A stretch of DNA of 29,184 bases, from the NCBI GenBank assembly GCA_038889075.1, contig JAWAHS010000010.1:23068-52251 (forward strand), read 5' to 3'. The translations under genes and the position numbers were made by a program. Origin of the DNA: Ignisphaera sp. (GTDB lineage: Archaea; Thermoproteota; Thermoprotei_A; Sulfolobales; Ignisphaeraceae). Positions 1-7,779 of this stretch are shown one piece after another (within the stretch, counting starts at the first letter, position 1; each line of letters opens with the position of its first letter). A model generated the notes under the pieces. The model had not been told where the DNA came from. It did no database searches and was given only the letters and a program-made list of their open reading frames with translations.

Positions 1-1
1 A

Positions 2-1147
2 GATGCAGATAGCTACTACCTCTATGTAGAGGCGCCACCCATGGGATACAGGTTCTACAAATACCTACAGGGAGTGTGTAGAGCTTCAGAGGGTGTAAGG
101 GTCTACGAGCATCAGGACGGTATTGTAATGGAAAATGAACACCTGTCTCTAAAGATAGACAGCAACGGTAACATATCATCACTGAAGCTAAAGAGGGAGA
201 ACCTAGAGATTCTATCAGCACCCTCAAATAAGCTCGTAGCCCATCCTGACCGACCGGGTAGATGGGATGCATGGGATGTAACAGACGAATTCCTCGTACA
301 TGGAGATGAGCTAAAGGTTCTCGGAAAGCCTGTGGTTGTTGCAAGAGGACCTCTGGTAGCGTGTGTAGATGTAACCAAAGGTGTCGGTACATCAACCATT
401 AAGCAGAGCATATGTCTAGCTAAGGATTCACCAGTTATAGAGGTTAGGAATAGAATTGTATGGAAAGAGAAGAGTTTGCTGGTAAAGGTATGGTTCGAAA
501 CCTCTCTAAAGTCTAGGAAAGCTATATACGATATTCCATATGGAGTTATAGAGAGATCTTCACTTAGGGAAACATCGTGGGAGAAGGCGAGATTCGAAGT
601 TCCAGCTGTTAGATGGGCTGAGCTATACGATGAAAGAGCAGGGCTTGCGATAATAGCTCCCTCGAGGCACGGCTATACTGCTGTAGAAAATAGAATAGCA
701 CTAAGCTTAATCAGATCCCCTGTATTTCCAAATCCATGGAGTGATGTAGGCGAGTTTGAGGTTGTCTACTATATATATCCACATACAGGAGACTATAGCA
801 GAGCCAACCTAGCAAAGGTAGTTCAGGAAAAGCTATTTAGGTTGAAGGCAGTTGAAGATGTAGGGTCAGCCGAACGAGAGCTCAATCTATTAAGTATCGA
901 GCCTGATGCTATTGTATTTGGAGCATTCAAGAAATCTGAGGATGGACAGGGATACGTAGTACGGCTGTTCAATCCATATAAAGAGGCGAAGCAGGTAAAA
1001 CTGAAATTTGCAATACAACTATCTAGAGCAGTTGAAACAAATATCATAGAGACTGAAACCTATAGCGAACTAGCCATCGAAGACGGAAACACCCTAAGGG
1101 TAGAAATGAAGCCCCTTGAAATAAAGACGATAAAGATATACATTTAG
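2..1147 (+). CDS. alpha-mannosidase (glycoside hydrolase family 38), C-terminal part; 5' end lies outside the window
   Basis: The frame is open back to position 2 (DADSYYLYVEAPPMGY...). Motifs typical of the GH38 C-terminal domain: ENEHL, WDAWD, YDIPYGVIER, WEKARFEVPAVRW, LSLIRSP, FKKSEDGQGYVVRLFN, KPLEIKT. Confidence 0.88.
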   Translation, partial: DADSYYLYVEAPPMGYRFYKYLQGVCRASEGVRVYEHQDGIVMENEHLSLKIDSNGNISSLKLKRENLEILSAPSNKLVAHPDRPGRWDAWDVTDEFLVHGDELKVLGKPVVVARGPLVACVDVTKGVGTSTIKQSICLAKDSPVIEVRNRIVWKEKSLLVKVWFETSLKSRKAIYDIPYGVIERSSLRETSWEKARFEVPAVRWAELYDERAGLAIIAPSRHGYTAVENRIALSLIRSPVFPNPWSDVGEFEVVYYIYPHTGDYSRANLAKVVQEKLFRLKAVEDVGSAERELNLLSIEPDAIVFGAFKKSEDGQGYVVRLFNPYKEAKQVKLKFAIQLSRAVETNIIETETYSELAIEDGNTLRVEMKPLEIKTIKIYI

Positions 1148-1223
1148 ATACAGCCGCTGTATTTTTTATAAACAGTTTTAAGCATATGCATTCTAGCATG
1201 CAACATCCGCGTGTACTGCAGGA

Positions 1224-1817
1224 TTGTTGGTGAGTATAGTATTGAGTGGTATAGTGAAGTACGTTGTGGATAGATTCATCGTGAGTGTCAAGGGATGTAA
1301 AACGGTTGACTGTGTACTAGTTAAACTCTCTACAGCAGTATACGACATACGTAGCTACACCTCCTCCGGCGGCTATACAACGTCTACACTCATTCACGAA
1401 TTCCTCCACAATTCCGAAGTTATGAAGATTCTCTCCGGATTGTCATACGAGAAGGAGTATGTAGAGAAGAAGATTTCTACGGATCCTAGATTCTCATCAC
1501 TTAAACCATATCTACAGCTAATAATTTCAGCAATAGAGTCGGCTGAGGAAAGAGGTGTAGAACCCTCTACAATCTTTAGAGCTGATACACGAGGACCTAC
1601 ATGGCAGATAGAGTACCAGGAAGAGTACGGTAGGACGCACCACAAGAGAATATATGTGAAGAGTAGGAAAAAAAGAGGTATTAGAGGAGCGATTGAGAAG
1701 GTTCGAGAGCTACTTATTACCTATAAGAAGACAGTAATCCTACTAGTACTAGCAGCTACAGTAGTGGCTATAGCTGTAGCTATAGCAATCCTACTATCAA
1801 GGGCAAAAGCAGTATAG
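1224..1817 (+). CDS. hypothetical protein with a C-terminal transmembrane anchor
   Basis: 197-aa ORF with a basic patch (KSRKKRG) and a C-terminal hydrophobic helix (VILLVLAATVVAIAVAIAILL). TTTATAAA lies upstream at about 1165. Start codon uncertain. Confidence 0.65.
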   Translation: MLVSIVLSGIVKYVVDRFIVSVKGCKTVDCVLVKLSTAVYDIRSYTSSGGYTTSTLIHEFLHNSEVMKILSGLSYEKEYVEKKISTDPRFSSLKPYLQLIISAIESAEERGVEPSTIFRADTRGPTWQIEYQEEYGRTHHKRIYVKSRKKRGIRGAIEKVRELLITYKKTVILLVLAATVVAIAVAIAILLSRAKAV

Positions 1818-1964
1818 ATGGTACCACCCTATAAACTGCAGCACATGATTCCCCTGATGGTAAATTACAATATATCAAATAACATAGGCTAATATGAAAA
1901 CAGAAAAACAGAATCGGTTCCACGAGGATTTCAGCTATAAAAGTAGAGTGGTTGAGACACCCGT

Positions 1965-2816
1965 TTATCTTTCTGTATCCCTTCTCTGGTAGAAGGGTAT
2001 GTGGGGCCGTGGTAGATATTCTACACCTGGTCTCTGCTGCATTGCCTGTGGATATAGCTCCATTAATGCATAGATTTCTGGCGGTACAGCTGTGTTTATG
2101 TTAAGTCCAAGCCTCTTAGCCTCTTCAACGGTTATCGGATAGTCATGTGTGTATCTACCCTCAGTCAACTCGCTAGCTATCTCAGCAGCCTTTTCCTTTC
2201 CAAGCTTATCTTCAAGTAGATTAATTATAAGGCTCTGAACCTCTTTTACAGCCTTTTCAGCTATCTCTGCCAGTATCAGTGTTTCATCACGTGCACTATT
2301 TCCCTTAATCTTAGCTATCTTGATAACACTCGGTGCTGGATACACAGCATTGCCTACCTGTAGCTGTGGGTCTAGCGGCCCTAGAACAGCATCGGGATCC
2401 ATGATTATCTCATCAGCTGCTAAGGCAATTAGAGTTCCGCCACTCATAGCATAATGTGGTACTATAACAATCTTCTTACCCTTGTGTCTCTTAAGAGCCA
2501 TTGCTATCTGAGAGGCTGCCAGCACCATGCCACCTGGCGTGTGAAGAACTAAAGCTATGGTTTGATCATGTGGTGTTGTTCGTATGGCTCTCAGTATAGC
2601 TTCGGAGTCATCGATATCTATAAACCTATATATTGGAAAGCCTAGAAAACCCATCCGCTCCTGTCTATGGATCATTGTGATAACTCTCCAGCCATATTTT
2701 CTCTCAATCTCTCTAATCAGCTTCAGCCTAGCATTAGTTAGTGCCCTAAACTGAAGCTGTGGGTGGAGTACCAGGTATAGAAATATTATAAAGAATAGTA
2801 TGCTTATCCAATCCAT
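1965..2816 (-). CDS. ClpP-class serine protease (SDH_sah/DUF114 family)
   Basis: N-terminal TM helix and motifs IHRQE, LHTPGG, PHYAMSGGTLIALAADEI, GPLDPQ, THDYPI. ATG at 2816 is preceded by a GAGGGG RBS; alternative start 2837. Confidence 0.9.
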   Translation of the reverse strand: MDWISILFFIIFLYLVLHPQLQFRALTNARLKLIREIERKYGWRVITMIHRQERMGFLGFPIYRFIDIDDSEAILRAIRTTPHDQTIALVLHTPGGMVLAASQIAMALKRHKGKKIVIVPHYAMSGGTLIALAADEIIMDPDAVLGPLDPQLQVGNAVYPAPSVIKIAKIKGNSARDETLILAEIAEKAVKEVQSLIINLLEDKLGKEKAAEIASELTEGRYTHDYPITVEEAKRLGLNINTAVPPEIYALMELYPQAMQQRPGVEYLPRPHIPFYQRRDTER

Positions 2817-3036
2817 ATACAGCCCTCTTAAAACCATTACATTTCGTAAAGCCTTTAATGTATAGGGGAAATAAAAAACTTTTATGATTTTAACCAGAAA
2901 TATTTTCCACTTTATGGACTCGGCTCTTCTTCTATAGATGCTAGAATCGCCGTAGGAGATGTATAAATAGTGCTGATACTGCTGCTGACAACGATATGTA
3001 TATCAGTATAGCCTCTCTAATCCAGATGCTATGCTA

Positions 3037-3888
3037 CTATATGTTGTTTCTAATCCATTCGACCATGTTTTTGATGCGTTCTCTCCATCCAATTTCGTGA
3101 AGCGGTGAATGTCCACATTCTGGATACACTATCAGCTCTTTCTTTAGAGTTTTTAATCTACTGTAGGTTCTTCTACTTGCTTCAATAGGTATTATATTGT
3201 CTTTTTCACCATGTATGAGTAATGTTGGAATTTGTATCCTTTCAACGTATCTCCAAAATTCTCTAGATGCCTTCCAAATTTCAACCAGTAGCCTTATTGT
3301 TGTATCTCTTAATACAAGTTCATCCTTTCCCATAGCCTCTAGAAGCTCTCTATCCATCCTCTTCATACCCTCCTCAATCTGTTGCTCTGTGAATGGTAGC
3401 TCTATCCTTTTCCTTGGAAAGAGAATCGATGCGATGGTTGCGAAAATTAGTGTTGAAAATCTTCTAGTTTCAGGGATCAGCACCGCGGGAGCGACAGCAA
3501 CCACAGCATCTCCTACCCTTCCGTATTTTCCTGCATAGAGTAGAACTATCAACCCACCCATACTGTGCCCTATTAAAACCGTCCTCTCCCCACCAAAAAT
3601 TCTCTGAACATGCATTGTGAATGTCTCTAAATCCACTAGAAAATCATTAAAGGAATCAACATAGCCTCTTTCTAAATTCTGTGCTGTTCTCCCATGGCCT
3701 CTTTGATCATGTATACAGACACCATATCCATAGCTGGCCAGCTCCTTACCGATATGTATATAGAAACCACTATGGGAAGTAAAACCGTGTGAAACAATAG
3801 CAAGCTCTTTAAAGGACTCGGGAAGGATACATCGATAAAAAACCTTCACACCTGTATCCAAACTTGCAAAATCTTCAATGATTTTCAA
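3037..3888 (-). CDS. alpha/beta hydrolase, lysophospholipase/monoacylglycerol lipase-like
   Basis: HGFTSH oxyanion motif, DQRGHG, GHSMGG nucleophile elbow, HGEKD (Asp) and GHS (His). GGTGA RBS before the TTG start. Confidence 0.9.
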   Translation of the reverse strand: MKIIEDFASLDTGVKVFYRCILPESFKELAIVSHGFTSHSGFYIHIGKELASYGYGVCIHDQRGHGRTAQNLERGYVDSFNDFLVDLETFTMHVQRIFGGERTVLIGHSMGGLIVLLYAGKYGRVGDAVVAVAPAVLIPETRRFSTLIFATIASILFPRKRIELPFTEQQIEEGMKRMDRELLEAMGKDELVLRDTTIRLLVEIWKASREFWRYVERIQIPTLLIHGEKDNIIPIEASRRTYSRLKTLKKELIVYPECGHSPLHEIGWRERIKNMVEWIRNNI

Positions 3889-4177
3889 ACTATCTTCACC
3901 AAAAATATACTCACCCCAACTGATTTTAAACTAATAATATCCAACCTAATGTGTTCCAGCTTTTAGCAACTTCACAGCACTATCATTCAGTCAAAGCCGT
4001 CTATCATTAATCAGGTTAATACCTAGGAATTGATACTAGGTAGTGCTAACTATGATAATTCAGAGCTCTCTGCTCCATATACATATATCAATGCTCTAAA
4101 GATTATATAGAGCCTACTGGGAAGGAACTATTAGTACCGGAAAGACCAAAAAATACTGTTTTACAGTAGCAAATGGA

Positions 4178-4782
4178 TTAGGTCTTGGAATATTGTTTTT
4201 CTATGATTTTTCTTATCCTTTCAACTTCTTCGAGTATTTTCTGCTCTATGCTACTTCTCTCGATAGTGAAGAGTGGTTTACCTTTAACCATAGTTATTAT
4301 AAGATCTCTCATCTCTAGAAAGTCATCTATTCCTATAATTTCTGCTTCTGCTATCTTACTCCTTCCTCCAGAAGGACCTGTATAGCCCGCAGTATAGATG
4401 AATACGGAGCCTATTCTAGATCTTCTCGAGATGGGACCTTGTATAATATCAGCTGACATTACTCGCGAATATGGAACAAGGTGTTTCATCTTCCACCATA
4501 CACCTCTTTCTACAGCAATACCATCTTCAGCAATGGTATACCAGATAGAGTCATACTACTTTCTTATCCGGTAGGATATAAAGATGGATATCAATACAAC
4601 TATTAGTGGTGGAATAAGGGTGTATGGCCAAGCCCAAATCCATGTATTGTGCATGGTATAGTAGATTACTAGAAGCGGTATAAGTGAAGAAAGAAAGAGT
4701 AAAGTAGCAACAATAAGCAGGTAGATATATGGTAGACCTTTATAAAGTTTGGATGGGGTTTAAACCTCTTACCAATCTCCAA
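4178..4782 (-). pseudogene. disrupted membrane protein with a bacterial PH (bPH_2/DUF304-like) domain
   Basis: Manual translation: GGTGG RBS, TTG at 4782, MEIGKRFKPHPNFIKVYH, then a 2-nt frameshift in an ATATAT run (about 4723-4730). It continues IYLLIVATLLFLSSLIPLLV...ISIFISYRIRK, hits an in-frame TAG (4556-4558), then reads YDSIWYTIAEDGIAVERGVWWKMKHLVPYSRV...QGPISR...IYTAG. Confidence 0.8.
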
Positions 4783-5213
4783 CTAAACCACCAAGCTAGT
4801 GCAATTCTACATGCCTTATAACCACATATGTTTCCAAAGCCTAGAACAGGTTCAAAAGTTACAGACCAGCCTGAGATACATCTAGTGAAAACTAGTAGCA
4901 ACACCCTACTACATTGATATGGCTATAGAGGGAGTTGGTATGCTAAAAAGCTCTGCATCTAAAATTTTATGGAAGATACCAGAATATCTGTTATCAAAAC
5001 TGTTTTCTCTGGTAGTACATCTATATCTTGAATTTATAGCTATTGCAATATCTTCTCACTAAATAAAATTTGTGCTGTTAGAGAAATCTGAATGTTAATG
5101 AGAAGGCTATACTTCCGAGGTACATTTCTACTCTACCTTTTCTCTCCTCAGTTAGAAAAATGGATAGGGAGTTGATGATGTTAGAATACTGAGATATACA
5201 GCAATCTTTTGAT

Positions 5214-6089
5214 CTATACGTTCTCTGGGAAGAGTGGTCTAGCACCTTTTTCTCTAAATACTTCAACCACTCTGTTTTGCTCTTCAATGGATAGTTTTCT
5301 GAATCTTTTTCCAGCGTTTAGAATCATGGGCCACAGCCTAAGGTCTCCGGCCATAGAGTATGTCGCAACAGGTTCCTGTGACAATGTGTACCAGACGGCC
5401 ATATCTATATCGTCTTGACCGTCAAAGGGTTCATACCATGTTGTATACCTTCTTTCACCTACGTATCTCCTCTTGGCAACGGATTTGATAGCGATGACAC
5501 CGATATCCCGATCCAATGCAGCTTTAAGCACTGGTCTGAAATCATTTTCAGGTCTCGGTATAGTCATGGCAGCAGCGTAAACCGGTATCAATACTGTATC
5601 GAAATCGAATATCTCCAATGCTTTTAAAACTATTCTCATGTCGGAGTGTGCAGTTATGCCAATGAATTTTATCAATCCCTGATCACGTGCTTCTATAAAG
5701 GCTTTTGCTGCACCCTTTTCACTAAAAATTTTATCCAATTCATCTAGAGAGCTGACTGCGTGAAACTGGTAGACATCGATGGATTCGATACCAAATCGTG
5801 AAAGAGTTGTTCTAAGCTCCCTCCAAGCACCTTCATATGTTCTCTCAAGGGTTTTCTCAGCAACAACAAGCCTATCTCTATACTTCTTTATTAGAGAGCC
5901 CAGCCTAGTTTCAGCCTCTGCATAGCTGGGGGCGATATCAATAATATTGATACCCTCACCAATAACCTCTTCAACTACCTTAATAGCTAGTTGGGGATCG
6001 GGATGCACACCAGGTCCATAGCCTCCAATAGCAAGAACGGAAACTTTAAAATTCGTTCTTCCCAATCTTCTGTACTCCAATATAAACAC
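5214..6089 (-). CDS. aldo/keto reductase
   Basis: YRRLGRTNFKVSVLAIG, DIAPSY (Asp/Tyr), EKT (Lys), YQFH (His), GLIKFIGIT. Confidence 0.92.
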   Translation of the reverse strand: MFILEYRRLGRTNFKVSVLAIGGYGPGVHPDPQLAIKVVEEVIGEGINIIDIAPSYAEAETRLGSLIKKYRDRLVVAEKTLERTYEGAWRELRTTLSRFGIESIDVYQFHAVSSLDELDKIFSEKGAAKAFIEARDQGLIKFIGITAHSDMRIVLKALEIFDFDTVLIPVYAAAMTIPRPENDFRPVLKAALDRDIGVIAIKSVAKRRYVGERRYTTWYEPFDGQDDIDMAVWYTLSQEPVATYSMAGDLRLWPMILNAGKRFRKLSIEEQNRVVEVFREKGARPLFPENV

Positions 6090-6118
6090 CTCTCCGCAGC
6101 CTTTTCTATAGATTTAGA

Positions 6119-6126
6119 TATTTAAA
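6119..6126 (-). promoter_or_regulatory. archaeal TATA box for the aldo/keto reductase gene
   Basis: TTTAAATA on the minus strand about 30 bp upstream of the GTG start at 6089. Confidence 0.5.
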
Positions 6127-6471
6127 AACCTATTGGATGTGAAAAGCTATAGCATTATATTGAGAGAAATAGCTGTACTCTGCGGAGTATACATACACAG
6201 CTTACAGCCCTTTATAATCCAGTCTTCTCCCCACCCTATGTAGATACTATTGCTGTGAAGAAGTACGTGAATATAGAAAAATTTTTAAACTAGTCTAATT
6301 ATGTTTAGAGGATTTGGTGTTGATTATTGTATATAGTGTGATCGATAAACAACATATACATGTATATACAGAGAAGGATGTGAAACACATAGAGATTGAG
6401 ATAAGCTACTACACATACAGCTACACCACCCACTACCTCTGTAATGCATATGTATTCTAAGGTTGATATCT

Positions 6472-7776
6472 ATGCAGATACTGTACTGGAACTCTACTCT
6501 AGAGACTATACCACGTAGTGAATTAGAGAAGATGCAGCTAGCTAAACTAAAGGAACAGGTAAAAAGAGTTTACGAAAGGTGCTACTACTATCGTAGGAAG
6601 ATGAGAGAGGCTGGTATCGCTCCCGAAGATATTAGAAGCCTCAACGATACTAGAAAACTACCATTTACAACAAAAGACGATTTAAGAGATGCGTATCCCT
6701 ATGGTACCCTAGCTGTCGACCTCTCGGAAGTTGTTGAAGTTCACGGTAGTAGTGGTACGACAGGTAAACCAACGTTATCATTCTATACACAGATTGATAT
6801 AGAGAACTGGAGTGAGGTGATGGCTAGAAGCTTAACAGCTATAGGTATAACAAAAAGCGATATAGTGTTTATAGCATATAACTATCACATGTTTACAGGA
6901 GGTCTCGGTTTCCACTATGGAGCTCTGAAAATTGGTGCAACAGCTATACCAGCAGGTGTTGGCTATACACAGAGACAGATAATGATGATAAAAGATCTAG
7001 CTGTTACAATGCTTACCTCAGTTCCAAACTATGCTCTTAGGCTTGCTGAAGTAGCTTTTGAAATGGGTATAGATCCAGCTAAAGATACAAGAGTAAGAAA
7101 AGGTATGTTTGGTGCAGCACCTTGGAGTGAAGAAATGAGAAGTAGAATAGAGAAGATATGGGAGATGGCAGCATACGATATGTACGGTATGAGCGAACTT
7201 TACGGTCCTGGTGTTGCTTCTGAGTGTATACATAGGGAAGGTCTTCATGTTTGGGAGGATCACTATCTTGTTGAGGTTGTTGATCCTAGGACAGGCGATG
7301 TTTTGGAGCCTGAGGAGAGGGGTGAGCTAGTGGTGACAACTCTATCAAAGGATGCAATGCCTCTAATAAGATATAGAACAAGGGATATAACAAGAATACT
7401 GGATGTCAAACAGTGTCTATGTGGAAGAACACATAGAAAAATAGATAGAATACAGGGAAGAACAGACGATATGTTCATAGTAAACGGAGTAAACATATGG
7501 CCATCAGCAATAGAGGAGGTGCTTTTGAGAGAACCTCTTGTAGCTCCATACTACCAGATTGTTCTTGAGAGGGACGATGCACTTGATAGAATGATTGTTG
7601 TTGTTGAAGCTGTTAAACAGCTCAGTGATAGAGATAGAGAGATTTTGGAAAAGAGGATTCAGAGAGATTTAAAGGAGGCTATAATTGTTACACCTGTTGT
7701 TGAGGTTGTCGATCCGGGTACCCTGCCAAGATTTGATGGTAAGCCTAAAGTTGTTGTGGATAAGAGGTCTATATAG
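6472..7776 (+). CDS. paaK: phenylacetate--CoA ligase family (aryl-acetate CoA ligase), copy 1
   Basis: LPFTTKDDLR, P-loop HGSSGTTGKP, FTGGLGFHYG, YGMSELYGPG, PLIRYRTRD, GRTDDMFIVNGVN, LPRFDGKPK. ATG at 6472 follows an AGGTTGA RBS; alternative TTG 6463. Confidence 0.93.
   Translation: MQILYWNSTLETIPRSELEKMQLAKLKEQVKRVYERCYYYRRKMREAGIAPEDIRSLNDTRKLPFTTKDDLRDAYPYGTLAVDLSEVVEVHGSSGTTGKPTLSFYTQIDIENWSEVMARSLTAIGITKSDIVFIAYNYHMFTGGLGFHYGALKIGATAIPAGVGYTQRQIMMIKDLAVTMLTSVPNYALRLAEVAFEMGIDPAKDTRVRKGMFGAAPWSEEMRSRIEKIWEMAAYDMYGMSELYGPGVASECIHREGLHVWEDHYLVEVVDPRTGDVLEPEERGELVVTTLSKDAMPLIRYRTRDITRILDVKQCLCGRTHRKIDRIQGRTDDMFIVNGVNIWPSAIEEVLLREPLVAPYYQIVLERDDALDRMIVVVEAVKQLSDRDREILEKRIQRDLKEAIIVTPVVEVVDPGTLPRFDGKPKVVVDKRSI
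6587..6683. repeat. 97-bp inverted repeat (1 mismatch); partner 11364-11460
   Basis: Manual alignment to the reverse complement of 11364-11460; only an ATC/ATT codon differs. Confidence 0.9.
6783..6818. repeat. 36-bp perfect inverted repeat; partner 11229-11264
   Basis: CTATACACAGATTGATATAGAGAACTGGAGTGAGGT is present in both paaK copies. Confidence 0.88.
7025..7104. repeat. 80-bp perfect inverted repeat; partner 10943-11022
   Basis: Manual alignment; encodes NYALRLAEVAFEMGIDPAKDTRVRKG in both copies. Confidence 0.9.
7146..7168. repeat. 23-bp perfect inverted repeat; partner 10879-10901
   Basis: AATAGAGAAGATATGGGAGATGG is present in both copies. Confidence 0.8.
7237..7516. repeat. 280-bp perfect inverted repeat, left arm; partner 10531-10810
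   Basis: Manual base-by-base comparison found no mismatch, including at synonymous positions. Confidence 0.93.
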
Positions 7777-7779
7777 AGT

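Noticed and set aside
4556-4558. In-frame TAG as possible pyrrolysine read-through
   Set aside because: The same gene also has a frameshift, no pyl genes are visible, and TAG is the ordinary stop codon for many genes here.
5173-5212. TGATGA...CTGA resembling a C/D box sRNA
   Set aside because: No convincing C' box or terminal D box; short motifs like these are expected by chance.
7018-7496. Minus-strand ORFs that have near-identical plus-strand twins at 10515-11080
   Set aside because: They are antisense shadows of the paaK repeat tracts, not a separate duplicated gene.
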